Notes under the pieces: model-generated | Told to the model about the DNA's origin: nothing | Database searches by the model: none | Seen by the model: the letters and a program-made list of their open reading frames with translations, nothing else | Position numbers and translations under genes: made by a program | In this document: positions 25,701-35,300 of the stretch, in pieces | How positions within the stretch are numbered: the stretch's first letter is position 1 | How the letters are laid out: the number at the start of each line of letters is the position of its first letter | Source: a virus | Taxonomy: Duplodnaviria; Caudoviricetes | Reading direction: 5' to 3' (one strand) | DNA: 58,437 nt | IMG/VR virus record: IMGVR_UViG_3300027816_000115 | Location: 1 to 58,437 of that record

Positions 25701-27865
25701 TATGAATTTCTTAAATCTTGTTGTTTTCTATTTATATCTAAAACAGCGGTCATGTCTTCCGTTGACATATCATAGACTCTATCCTCCGAATTTTCAATAA
25801 CTTTTATTGACTCATTCGATAATGTTTTTATTTCAGATATTATTTCTTCACTTTCCTTAACAGACAGTTTTGCATTTGTTTGCAATTCTGTTTGCAAAAA
25901 ATCTATACGATCCATTATACTCTTACTAGCAGTCATTTCTTGAGCTGTAGCATAATTTTTTAATTCTTTTGCTACAAGAAGAGAAACTCCTCCACCCATT
26001 TGGGTTCCACCCCCCATAAACGCTCCTCCCGCATAAGCTTCTTTAAACCTTTTAGATCTTTCTGATGGAGCTACAGTTTTTCCAAGTAAATGCTCGTCTA
26101 ACAGCATATTTAATCCCTCTGTCAATACTTCAGTACCACCCTCAATTTGACTTTCAATACCAACTGTTCCAATGGTTTTTAAACTTGATTTAATAAAGTT
26201 TTCTTTAAATATTTGTCTGGACTGAGTATCAACAGAAGACATGACTTTTTTCATATTGTCAAACATTCTTAATGTACCTAGTTTTTCAGGTATAAATTCT
26301 GAAAGTGCAAATCCATAACCAGCTAATAATTTAGTACCTAAGTCGTAGTTAGACCCAAGTTCATCTTCCATTTCTTGGATTTTTTGTCCCCCTGATCCTA
26401 ATGACACAGCAGCGGCTCCGTAGGATCCTCCGAAATACATTGCAGCATATACTGGAATTTGTTCAAATAATAAACCTGAAAAATATTTACCAAAGTCAGC
26501 GAAGGAGTTAACATCATCAAAAGATGTGGTTTTTACATTTTCTTTAAATTTATTACCAACTCTTATATTAGCTTCACCAACTTCACTTAATAAATTGCCT
26601 ATACCATCTGTTATTCCTAAAAATGACTCTCCGTAATCAATAGTATCACCTATTATCTTTGCTGATCCGCCAAGAATATTAATACTAGTACCAACAAACC
26701 TAGAAATACTAGATTCAATATCATTATAGTTGTATTTAAAATATTCTAATTTTTCCTCATCACTTTTTATTTTATCAATATAATTTGGAAAATTTTCATA
26801 TATTCCTTCTAAACTAGTTTTTGCTTTGTTAGCTGAATTTCTAAGGTTCTCGTATGTAGCTATTTCATCATTAGTAACTTTTCCCTCATTATAGAAGGTT
26901 TTAAATTTTTTAGCATATTCTTCAAATCCGGCTAATTCATTACTATAGGTTTTAGCCAATATGGTTTGTTGACGGGCTAAATCAGATGATACTAATACGT
27001 CTTGTATTGCTCTAATTTTAAGTTTTTCTTTTTGAATAGCAACTTCAGGCATCCATGTGGGTTGACTGTCCCAGTACTCTTCAGCGGCTTTGCCTTCTTG
27101 TATTAATATTTTTTCTTTATAAAATATTTCTTTAGCAAGAGCGTCAACATCTTCAGCACTTATTTTCTGACCTTTTTTCTTTCTTTTTGATAATATGCCT
27201 ATAGCTTGCTTTTTTTCTTTCTCTAATGGCTTAAATGGGGATATAGTCAAATCTATTTCAGCACCAAGAGCTTGACCTACCATAGAAACTGGTCCTAATA
27301 CAATATCATTAAGCCAATTTTTACTGCCTTCTCTTATATAATCTATAGCCTGTGAATCGTTTATTTCGTCATTATATAATTTATCAATTAAACCATAATC
27401 AATTGGTTTACTTTTTATATAATTAATTACTTCAGATTCTTTACTTTCTAGTTCTTCCCATTCCTGTTTAGCAGGCGTTTTAGGAAGATTAGCTAGCGTT
27501 TTATTAAACTCTTCTGCTGGATTTAAAATAGATTGCAATTGATCTTTTTGTCCAAAAGGAAAATTTGCATTTTGTTGATCTATAAAATTTGAAACTTCCT
27601 CAGTGCTTTTCTTTATATTAGCTGCTTGAACTTTTTTAGCTTGTTTAAATTTGCCAAGAAAATCACCTTTAGGCTCTTTTTCCTCTTGATTACTCCAAGG
27701 ATATGTTTTTTTAGTTTGTTTTGTAACTGTTGAAGTTGTAGAAGATTTTCTTTTTAAACCTTTACTTTTTATAATGGCACTAGCCGAGGTTTTTTGCTCG
27801 GCTGCCATTTTATTTATTTGATCTTCTGTATATATTTGCCCAGAGGCATCAGTGTATTCAAACAT
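19724..27865 (-). CDS. Giant (2713 aa) internal virion/ejection polyvalent protein: zincin peptidase, sigma-region-2-like and PD-(D/E)XK-like modules
   Basis: Last gene of the structural operon; Gly-rich hydrophobic helices; HEFLH at aa 899; KFDPSR at aa 1205; PD..EIK at aa 1607-1633. Confidence 0.75.
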   Translation of the reverse strand: MFEYTDASGQIYTEDQINKMAAEQKTSASAIIKSKGLKRKSSTTSTVTKQTKKTYPWSNQEEKEPKGDFLGKFKQAKKVQAANIKKSTEEVSNFIDQQNANFPFGQKDQLQSILNPAEEFNKTLANLPKTPAKQEWEELESKESEVINYIKSKPIDYGLIDKLYNDEINDSQAIDYIREGSKNWLNDIVLGPVSMVGQALGAEIDLTISPFKPLEKEKKQAIGILSKRKKKGQKISAEDVDALAKEIFYKEKILIQEGKAAEEYWDSQPTWMPEVAIQKEKLKIRAIQDVLVSSDLARQQTILAKTYSNELAGFEEYAKKFKTFYNEGKVTNDEIATYENLRNSANKAKTSLEGIYENFPNYIDKIKSDEEKLEYFKYNYNDIESSISRFVGTSINILGGSAKIIGDTIDYGESFLGITDGIGNLLSEVGEANIRVGNKFKENVKTTSFDDVNSFADFGKYFSGLLFEQIPVYAAMYFGGSYGAAAVSLGSGGQKIQEMEDELGSNYDLGTKLLAGYGFALSEFIPEKLGTLRMFDNMKKVMSSVDTQSRQIFKENFIKSSLKTIGTVGIESQIEGGTEVLTEGLNMLLDEHLLGKTVAPSERSKRFKEAYAGGAFMGGGTQMGGGVSLLVAKELKNYATAQEMTASKSIMDRIDFLQTELQTNAKLSVKESEEIISEIKTLSNESIKVIENSEDRVYDMSTEDMTAVLDINRKQQDLRNSYIELSQSNFSPEIKKDKAAELKNEFNKLEEKREYLLTGQYAQINKIISNKAIINTSVDNIKKIISTLGEEEISNKIGNQGSIAVFETIEGLKKAYKEWLVAENNIIKQQIDDINKKISSGELPADTAVDPDLYIKSDDQINAEVEEGAKSDGFELSNGQSVINLSMASAKGAINVAQHEFLHKVLAKALSDPMERKKVVNGFLSVLTAKERAIIQKRIDENYLDKDTGKLSDDNLEEYFTAFIDAIAYGQIGGKNQVKDVLRRASRPILKVLRKLGFSNAKFSEGRDFYDFLKDYQSNASKGRISTRAKELLDGRPISTTVKYSKSIEERMDALDEQLNDGEIDYDTYERKMIALEKEEAELKRKEYEEQKTGLSKEPEVKKAEKKEAKPKEPKSKEDIEISEVAAKAKAKLDAIGNDPKGFDPGNPTIYSELDKMVKVKSRNWRTNKGTVIDFTNKDKGGLDGFDMDEMTSYVRTSMIPYIAKFDPSRNNSLYGYINAQYINRMRAALKSGEVANVVFTEDITEMTKLANEDVEVTKPSLPERKRFQNILESGVFSPDVIENIQTKILPVVRTLKSKINEKTSLNKTVVPLIAEIRDEMGKQADIDIKKAMGGKENQELQNWLIVNKKTILENMTTTWLMGKDQGNKVLGGMPFAIQKRVNGRWLNYPEWVGKKIDRESVDVDLAGRTAGHEMVRRLPEVNKNVSTTEFLSSIIDLETGNIIRGRKEALAKVLAEEVSFDIISDDIANDGIIAEALNRNQELKGAITERIIVEEFNRLAERGNIKFSLTEKELTDGISYLIEKSSFNAAMIERKGEYNPFKALYNKLITNGFTDDDLEELFTKYNDVLDKIAHYKHEKFIGGIIKSRLSKNYIYKLFGGNNNYVPDVLISEGKSLKNIKTDNALKVIVEIKKDIFARMTSATLNVVKTKYSGTDWGKKIIEEYNDFKETNLFKQIGDYLTNETESGGYKIKDVEGLKSLLKGKKTIFKIDLSIDSIKDINNNKAFSNDLLVIGTSLTDYFGADFLEKYEITDTDIITAQVELKIEKNGYLRPRIYFYINKKAAKDIDKIASKLSLKDINDKVNAVMQRKRNSMHSKSLENNLNSFNKDNKGITVVSDYITANNIRRIDAETSFDVLNDLNKSIEEWWGILEDKTIDGMVSSVDYAFDIIEDRENEGGPLMAAVNNALNLETIKSAEKQLNEWINNDTKWKARPKFSKSLDYEFNDMLERNKAIPSYEKFSDVVAKRKGAKVRNLSFFVPPSADDFRGLTTYMFSGKGKQGELDQQFFDKNLVIPYVKGINALDSVRQSIKKEYKALLSEFPDIKSKLEKLTPDKQFTYDQAIRVYLWNKNNIEIPGLNRKDKNKLVYLVKTDPNLLSFAEALSIAGRQDGGWMEPSDTWDSETIISDLHNITEGDGRKQWLAEFIENANAIFSTENLNKIQAIYGTNVRIALEDALYRMKNGKNRPEGTDALTNRWMNWINGSTAAIMFFNVRSAILQTISSINYLNWNDNNPLMAAKAFANQKQYWTDFAMIINSDKMRERRAGLKADVTQAEIANAANSAKNKARGILSYLQKIGFTPTQAADSFSIAIGGAAFYRNRVNTYLKQADEDGNLINTKKEAEDKAWLDFSMISDQSMQSADPLYISKQQTTSLGRLVLAFANTPLQYNRLIKKATLDLVNKRGDWKTNMSKILYYGALQNFIFSALQSALFLPFEDEEEEVLAKMSKEQRAEYDKLKKKQEDKTINILNGMADTVLRGSGITGALISTIKNAVMEYNKQEQREMFADHAYTILAVAGISPPISSKARKLYGVHRIKKFEKDVIEERGWEITRDGRLNLSPNYSIVGNIAVATTNVPLDRLVEKIDNVSEALDSRNTKLQRAALMLGWKEWELNVKNEENELIKAAAKVKRKEEGIIKSIETKAKNKKEREDALDKMTPEEREIFYMEEAERKSKKGSAKDKILDAMTPEERGIYYETGVFPKKKKRKIGGD

Positions 27866-27884
27866 AAATACTTAATTTAATTTA

Positions 27885-29336
27885 TTACTTTTTCTTATAA
27901 CCAATTCGGCTTTTTATACCTTCTTCGCTAATTTCATTACCTACTGCTCTGCCGTCTTTGAATTTATACCACTTTTTATTGTTATATATAAATGTCTCGC
28001 CAGCGGGACTATTTACTCGCACTCCTTCACCAACGCCTTTTTCCTCTCTATCAGCAGCAGGGGTCTCAAATATGTTTTCTAAAGCTTGTTGTGTTTGAGA
28101 TTTTGTAGCTGGTTTTTTCTCTTTAGATGGTTTAGCTGTTTTAGGTTTAGTCGGTTTTGGATCTTCTTGTAATAATACATTAGAATCTTCTCTAAGTATA
28201 TCTTGTTCTTTAGCTATTTGTGTGTTTATAAAGTGATCCTTATAAGCCGCAATAGCTTGTTCTTTTTCGATGTTATCTAATAACCCGTCTGAATCAAAGT
28301 ATATAGGTTTTAATCCAGCCGCTTCTCTATATTTATTAACAGTATTATTTGTATGCAACATTAATTCTTCATCTGTCAATCCAGCAATTTGTGCATCTAA
28401 TTGCGTAGCTATAGCAGCCTCTATTTTTTTATAATCAGGTTTGGCTACTAATTTATACACGTTTGATCCTTTACCACCAATATATTTTTTTTCTGTTTTA
28501 ATATTACCATCAGTGTCTTTTTCTAAAAAGTTGTCAGTGATTCTGCCGGTGGCTTGAGATCCAGCTTCGGGATCTTTTGGATTTACAGGAACAGTTTCAA
28601 ATACAGTATTATTATTTACTTTTATACTTTCATTATTAGCTGTTTGGTCTGGCACAAGTTTTATATACTCATTACCTAAATCCCCTATTTTCTTTAATTT
28701 AGAAGCAGAATATTCTTTTACTAGTTCTCCTGTATCATCGTAGATTTCCCAAACAAGATTATTTGGATTACCATCTTTATAAACTGCTTTTTTGGTACCT
28801 CCTAATTTACCTTGCATTATACGTAATGCTCTAACATCTTCGGCAGCCATATCTATAGCTAATCCTCCAGGGCTACCTAATGGTTTTCGTAATGCTTCAT
28901 CAACATCTTCAGCATAGGAAGATATATCGCCTAAACTTACTGAAAAGTTACCAGATATAGTTGAATTTATATCTGCCAACTTTTGCATAGCTTTTTGTCT
29001 ATCTTGACCAGTTATAGTATTATTTAGCAAACCTGATTTTAGCTTTACAGCTTCTTGGATCAATGGTTCAAAAGTTCCAGCCACATCTAATTTGCTATCA
29101 GTAGTTTCTATTTTGTTTACAGCTGTTCTAAGAGCAAAAGAATATTCATCGGTCTCTTTATTAACTTCCTCTATCTTTTTTTGATTTTCTTCTAATTTTT
29201 TTTGAATTTCTTTTTGCTTAGCAGAGTAACTTTGTGCAAAGTTTGCAAAAGATCCCGCTATTGATTCTTGTAGATTTCTAAAATGCTGACCTGTTTGAGT
29301 ATCAACTATTATTTGTGGATTACTGTATGCTCCCAT
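27885..29336 (-). CDS. Putative internal virion/ejection protein
   Basis: Position in the ejection gene triplet; coiled-coil N-terminus. Confidence 0.6.
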   Translation of the reverse strand: MGAYSNPQIIVDTQTGQHFRNLQESIAGSFANFAQSYSAKQKEIQKKLEENQKKIEEVNKETDEYSFALRTAVNKIETTDSKLDVAGTFEPLIQEAVKLKSGLLNNTITGQDRQKAMQKLADINSTISGNFSVSLGDISSYAEDVDEALRKPLGSPGGLAIDMAAEDVRALRIMQGKLGGTKKAVYKDGNPNNLVWEIYDDTGELVKEYSASKLKKIGDLGNEYIKLVPDQTANNESIKVNNNTVFETVPVNPKDPEAGSQATGRITDNFLEKDTDGNIKTEKKYIGGKGSNVYKLVAKPDYKKIEAAIATQLDAQIAGLTDEELMLHTNNTVNKYREAAGLKPIYFDSDGLLDNIEKEQAIAAYKDHFINTQIAKEQDILREDSNVLLQEDPKPTKPKTAKPSKEKKPATKSQTQQALENIFETPAADREEKGVGEGVRVNSPAGETFIYNNKKWYKFKDGRAVGNEISEEGIKSRIGYKKK

Positions 29337-29339
29337 ATA

Positions 29340-30353
29340 TTATATTTGTTTAAATTCCACATCAATTAAAGAATAATCAACTTGATAATAGCCATCATTA
29401 GTTTTAGACACAGCAAAAGAAGGAACTTCATCAGCCATAACTCCCTGCCATAACCCTTTGCCAAATTTATCATCCTTATATTTAAAAGAATATATATTTA
29501 ATCCACTTGGCGATATACCAATATTTTCAATATTCGTCTTTAATATTCTGTCAGACGGAGCAAATGCGCTAGCTAATCCACCAGCAAGAGATCTAACCTG
29601 AGAATTAGTTGGCGAGTTGCTTCCACTGCCGGTGTTGCTTGCGGCCATAGAAGAAGCAATAGAACCTAAACCACCAATCATACCTGTTAATGCCCCCATT
29701 TGATCTGCTCTAGCTTGCGCCGCTTGTGCTTGTGCTTGTTGCATTTGTCCAGCAACCCTATCCATTTGAGCTACTTCCCTTCCTTCTCTTACGCTAAACA
29801 TAAATTGTTTACCTGCAACATCCGCTTCTTGCACTCTTTGAGCTTCTGACATTTGAATGCCTTGTAGTCTTTGAGCTTCAGACATTTTTAATTGCTGCAA
29901 GTTTTGTTCTCCTTGAGCTCGTAGTTTTTGATTTTCACTCTCTTGTTGTTCAATATTAGCAGAAATTTCTTTTTTACTTTGTAAAGCAGCTTGAGCTAAT
30001 GCTGTAGCTCCTCCAGCGCTAGCTCCTGTTTGTTGTAAAGTATCTAATGTATTTGCTAATGACATATCTGCTTGTTCAGCTTGAAATTCTGCCGCTTTTG
30101 TAGCAACACCTAAACTAGCATAAGGATTTGATACCATTCCTGTTAGATCAGAAGCTAAAGAACTAATATCTCGTACACCTGAATAAGGATTTATAATTGC
30201 TTGTCGTGATCTTTCTAATCTAGCCAATTCAGCAGCTTTAGCCCGAGCTTCTCTTTCTGCTCTCTTTCTGGCTTTTCTGGCACTACCCATGCCTATAATT
30301 CCTGATACTATTGTGGCTCCGCCTCCAATAGCACCTGCTACTACCATAGTCAT
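29340..30353 (-). CDS. Pilot/ejection-like protein with C-terminal peptidase S74-like domain
   Basis: Gly/Ala hydrophobic ends, Q/A coiled coil, SDRILKTNI...IYSFKY...GVMADEV. Confidence 0.65.
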   Translation of the reverse strand: MTMVVAGAIGGGATIVSGIIGMGSARKARKRAEREARAKAAELARLERSRQAIINPYSGVRDISSLASDLTGMVSNPYASLGVATKAAEFQAEQADMSLANTLDTLQQTGASAGGATALAQAALQSKKEISANIEQQESENQKLRAQGEQNLQQLKMSEAQRLQGIQMSEAQRVQEADVAGKQFMFSVREGREVAQMDRVAGQMQQAQAQAAQARADQMGALTGMIGGLGSIASSMAASNTGSGSNSPTNSQVRSLAGGLASAFAPSDRILKTNIENIGISPSGLNIYSFKYKDDKFGKGLWQGVMADEVPSFAVSKTNDGYYQVDYSLIDVEFKQI

Positions 30354-30356
30354 ACT

Positions 30357-30830
30357 CTATTCGTTTAAAAGTTTATATTCTTTATATTCTTCATAAGACT
30401 TGCATGTCAACATATTTTCTAATGTTTCAATGTCTGTTATATTATCTGGGTTTGGATATACATTCACAAATATAGAATTTTCAACTGCATGGATTACTCT
30501 TTTTGTTCCTTCTGGTGCATGTACATAACAAGGCGCTATATAATGATTAATCCCTTCGTCTGTTGCTACTGTAATTTCTCCTTTTAATAAAAACCAAGTG
30601 TGTGATATTTTATATAGTTTTCCGATAACAAATCCGTTTTTTTCCATGAACATCTCTCTAATGTAAATGCCTTCTGAAAATGAATGTTTTAGCGGGAACA
30701 TATCAGAATTTCCCTTTGCTATTAAAGGAGTATCCATTGCTAGCATTGTTGATTCTAATTGTTCCACTTTATTTATGAACTCAGTATTTATTAACCGATG
30801 TTCTTGATTTGATTTAATTTTATTTTCCAT
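30357..30830 (-). CDS. Cupin-fold protein
   Basis: HSFSEGIYIRE...GEITV...GTKRVIHA. Confidence 0.6.
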   Translation of the reverse strand: MENKIKSNQEHRLINTEFINKVEQLESTMLAMDTPLIAKGNSDMFPLKHSFSEGIYIREMFMEKNGFVIGKLYKISHTWFLLKGEITVATDEGINHYIAPCYVHAPEGTKRVIHAVENSIFVNVYPNPDNITDIETLENMLTCKSYEEYKEYKLLNE

Positions 30831-30836
30831 TTATAT

Positions 30837-32300
30837 TTAATAACTTGACAATGAAAATACAGAACCCACACTAAAAAGTTCTTTTATCCCACCCGGATTT
30901 GTAACGTTATCAGTTGACAATGTAACTGTAGCATATCTGCCTTTTATCCCTGTCATTTGAGAACCATAGATTACTTCTCCGTCAGTAGGTACACTATTAT
31001 TGTTTAAGTTTGCGTAGTATTTATTTTCCTTTCTATCAAAACCATAACGATAAATTGGCTGAGTCAATGGTGAAGGATATGCATTGCCTAATCCGTCATA
31101 AGCTCCTTTTATGTAACTTGGTACTTGAGCAACAGTATCTGATGTTGAAATCCAAGATCCAGGAGTTGATCCTGCATCAAACTTTTGGGCATCGGATATA
31201 AAACTATCAACTTGCCAACCATTGTCTCCTTCGTAATTTACAGTTTTAAAGTTTTTACTTACGGAAGGATTTTCATTAATTACTAAAGTTATAGACGATG
31301 CGTTTGTTACCCCGTAAAAAGATCCTACTGGAGAGCTATTACTATAATGTGACCAAAGCTTACCGTCTTTTAATGAATATACTTTACTTCTTACACTAAA
31401 CAATTGTGTTGGTTTAAAAGTAAAAAATCCAGTAAAACCCGTTACTAATTCATCAAAATTAGTAGTAGCATAATATTCATTTGGATTAGCAGGACTTGTT
31501 TGTAAAGATAAAACATATTGTTTATTATACATGTCCCATCCTCCTATTATATTGCCAGTTCCATATTCAGGAATTGGTGAATTTATATTATTGAATGCAT
31601 CTCTAAAAAAGTCGGTCATTCCATATTCTGATATTTCTGTTATACCGTCTTGAGACAATCTAAGTACAGCGTTTCTAAATCTATCAGTAAAATATTTTCT
31701 ATATCCATATACAGCAAAACTTGTTGGGTCTTTACTAATACCATAATTACCCGCGTAAGCTTGAATATCACCAATTACAGCAAAAGCAGATGTTACTGTT
31801 CCGCCTCCTTCAGCTGAATAAATAGCATCTTTATCAACTAAAGCTCTACTTACTTTATCTTCTTGGAATATAATTAAGTTAGTATCTTCCGCATATAACT
31901 TTTGTATAGATCCATTTGCAGGGTTTAAACTTTTTGTTATTTCTTCACCTACTGAAAACTGATTGGTATTATTTGTGCCTGTCCTAGAATTATAAATTCC
32001 AGAATATATCAAAGAACTAGAACGTATAGACGCCCCATTATCTTCATCCACTATATATGCTTTTGGTCCAAAATCAACAGTTGTATTATTAAATCCTCCT
32101 TGTATTCTAGATTCTTCAATAACCCATTCACCATAATTATCACCTAAAGCATTTAATAAGTTAGGAGAAGGGTATCCTCCAATTTGCTCAGGGATACCAA
32201 AAGATCCTCCATATATAGGATTATAATCCGATGTTTCATCACTTAATACTTTTTTTAACAAAAATGTATTAAAATATTTAATTTCTATTGCAGCTGCCAT
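30837..32300 (-). CDS. Tail stabilisation/nozzle protein (C-terminal part, crAss-like/P22 gp10-like)
   Basis: IEESRI.GGFN, GSIQKL, YGISKDPTSFA, YFTD, VLRLSQDGITEIS.YGM. Confidence 0.65.
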   Translation of the reverse strand: MAAAIEIKYFNTFLLKKVLSDETSDYNPIYGGSFGIPEQIGGYPSPNLLNALGDNYGEWVIEESRIQGGFNNTTVDFGPKAYIVDEDNGASIRSSSLIYSGIYNSRTGTNNTNQFSVGEEITKSLNPANGSIQKLYAEDTNLIIFQEDKVSRALVDKDAIYSAEGGGTVTSAFAVIGDIQAYAGNYGISKDPTSFAVYGYRKYFTDRFRNAVLRLSQDGITEISEYGMTDFFRDAFNNINSPIPEYGTGNIIGGWDMYNKQYVLSLQTSPANPNEYYATTNFDELVTGFTGFFTFKPTQLFSVRSKVYSLKDGKLWSHYSNSSPVGSFYGVTNASSITLVINENPSVSKNFKTVNYEGDNGWQVDSFISDAQKFDAGSTPGSWISTSDTVAQVPSYIKGAYDGLGNAYPSPLTQPIYRYGFDRKENKYYANLNNNSVPTDGEVIYGSQMTGIKGRYATVTLSTDNVTNPGGIKELFSVGSVFSLSSY

Positions 32301-32332
32301 ATAATTATTATCACTTATTTATTGTATTAATT

Positions 32333-32364
32333 ACGGTAGAACAATATAAAAATCATTCTACCGT
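32333..32364. other. Intergenic hairpin
   Basis: ACGGTAGAA/TTCTACCGT 9-bp stem. Confidence 0.5.
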
Positions 32365-32369
32365 TATTA

Positions 32370-35300
32370 TTATATAGGTTCTATAAACATTCCCCCTACT
32401 CCGCCTTCTGTAAAGAAATAATTTACTTCTATACTAAAAGTGTAAGTACCTTCTGTTAGTTCAAAATCATCATCTGAAAACCCGCTTTCGCCACTACCAT
32501 TAGCAGACTTAATCAATGTCCCCTCCCCAGTAATAGTAACATCGGATACAACAATGGCATCAACAGTAGACGGAAATGATCCAGCTCTAATTCTAGCGGT
32601 AATACCCTCCTCAACAATTATTGTACCAGAAGAAAAGAAATATCCTGCTGGTTCACTGCCTGTTGATATTATTCCAGGTCCACCAGAGGTTACTTGCCAT
32701 GTTATACCTGTTTCAGATGTATATCGAACAACAAAAGTAAAGTCGTCATAAAGCCCGCCTGCATCAGTTAATCTTATTGTTAGACTATATGATCCAGGAT
32801 ATATATCACCAGAAGGTTGTGTTAACTCTCCTGTAGTTGGGTTTATAGAAAATTCGTCACTTCCACCAACTATTGACCAAGTAAGATCATCTTGATCCTT
32901 GCCTCCGAGTGAATTAGATCCATTGTTACCTTCAAATTGAAAAACAAAAGTTTCGTTTAAATCTTTGAACAATGGATTGCTAGGGAAAGTTGTTATAGTA
33001 GGAGTCACGTTACTTAATGCTCCTAACTTTTCAAATTCTGTTGTTGTAGGTGGTGAAAATGTATCTACAGTAATATAGAATGTATATGAATCTAAAGTGT
33101 TCGCATTGAATCCATAATAAAAATAATCAGTAGTCTCTATATTAAATAGTCCGGGTCCTGCTCCTGCTGTTAAATTAAATAAAGCTGTTTTATCGTCGTT
33201 ATTTTCATTTTGCACTGTAAAACTTATATCACCAATAGGAATAATTAATGGAGCACCTATTAAATCTGAAAAATAAAAATCTTCTACTGCTTTATAACCT
33301 ATTTCTGCCGATTCCGGTAAATTAAACAACCAATCTTGTATTGCTGCCGGAGCATCAGACCCCTCTAAAATTGCTTCATTTAATTCGCTTATTATTCCAG
33401 CTGTTGATGTTTCCCAATATAAATCTAATCTTGAGTCAAATGGATCAGTTTCACAAACGGCTAATCTTATAGTTTTAAGAGGTTCAGCCGTGCCTGCTTC
33501 TAATGTTGTAATACCTAATTTTGTAGCAGTAGATAATCTAGCTATCAAAGGATTAGATATATTTTGATAAAATTGATCATATTCAGGAGGAGGCGGTGGT
33601 GTAATAGGATTTGCTCCAGGGAACAATGAATTTAATGTTGCTATTGTATTAACAAAAGAGAAAGTATTGCTTGGATAAAACTGTTCATTATAAAAATCAG
33701 GTAATAAAGTATCATATATATTATTAACCCTAGAGTATAACTTTACACTACTTCTATATTGTTCTTGTGTACCGCTAACATCATTTAAGTCTCTAGGTAC
33801 TTTATTTATATTGTCGCCGATTAAAACAAAATGTGATGTTTTATCAAGTTCTTTTGTTGGATCTTCAGGATATGAAGCCATCATTCCAGGTAAATAAACA
33901 TTATAATAATCTTGTTCTGTTTGTTTTACAACAACCTTATAAGAATACCATCCAAGAGGATTATAATCTTCAGATTCAGAATCTCCATTATATACGCCAG
34001 GCCAATCAGTTATGCCATTGGCACCTATCTGTTCATTAAACAACATTTTAAATGATAATCCAGGCCATTGATTAACTATGCCATCTGCGGGTATTCCGCT
34101 ATCAGTGGACGTTTCTGCCTTATATGGCACATATAGAGATGCTGCTTTAAAATTAGGATTAAATGAAGAAATAGCGTTAGATAGTATAACACCTGATTGT
34201 CTTCCAAATTTGTCACTTAAAACAATTCCTATCTCATAATTCCTATTTTGTTTTACAGAATGATTTGGATATTCAATTATACTAGTTGTATTTGCATCAA
34301 TATCAAACCCTGCTTTTTCATTACAAACTACATTGTAATTTAAAAATTTTGGATACCCTTGTTTGTCTTGATAATTACTATAAACAACTCTATTACTTAT
34401 AATTTCTTGACCTAAAGCTTTTACTGGAGTTTTATCATATACTCTAATTAAATCTCTCTCAGGTAAAGTTTTAAATGGTTTCTTAGACTGATAGTTATAT
34501 ATATATACATCTGAAGTACCTGCTTGAGCTGCTATTTCGGAAACCGGTATAACATCTACAACTTGTACGGCTAACCCGTCAGACTCCTTATATAATATAT
34601 CTATTTCAGATATTTTACAAGTCGATTGTAATTCATTTGCTGGACAAGGTAATTTTATTTGTAAAAATATATTATTTACCTTATTAATCATAAAAGAAAC
34701 TATCGTACTTCTATATGCAGCTGTTTCATCGTCTACAGGAGCTTCTGGTAAACTATCTGGATTATCATATAAAAAATACCCATCTTGCTTTGGTATATAT
34801 GCTATTTGTGTAAATGGAGCAAATATAGAATATTCATTATCATCAAATCTATATCTATAACTAAATCTAATAAATTTGTCTTCTAAATATGAAGGATCCC
34901 CAATAAAGTCTGGATTATAATATGGATTAGCATTAAACTTTATCTCTTGATTGTTTGCCAATGTTATATTTTCAGAAACAACCACCGTAAAAGATATTGG
35001 ATTATACGTTACTACTCTTACTCCTAAGGGTATACCTGCTCCGGATACTATTTGTCCTGGCTCAGGATAAGGTATTGTAATTGGATCATCTATTATAAAA
35101 GTATCTGTTGCTGTAATTGCACCATCTACTGTTGCGGTTAAACCATAAGGAGGAAGAAACTCACTGGTAACATCATACATTGTGGTCTCATATTCATCTT
35201 CAACCAACGCACTTTCCGTATACAAATCTATTGCATATACAGGACTTAATTTAGCAACTGATATTTGATCTTCTGTTACATAATATGTACTTGAATTTAA

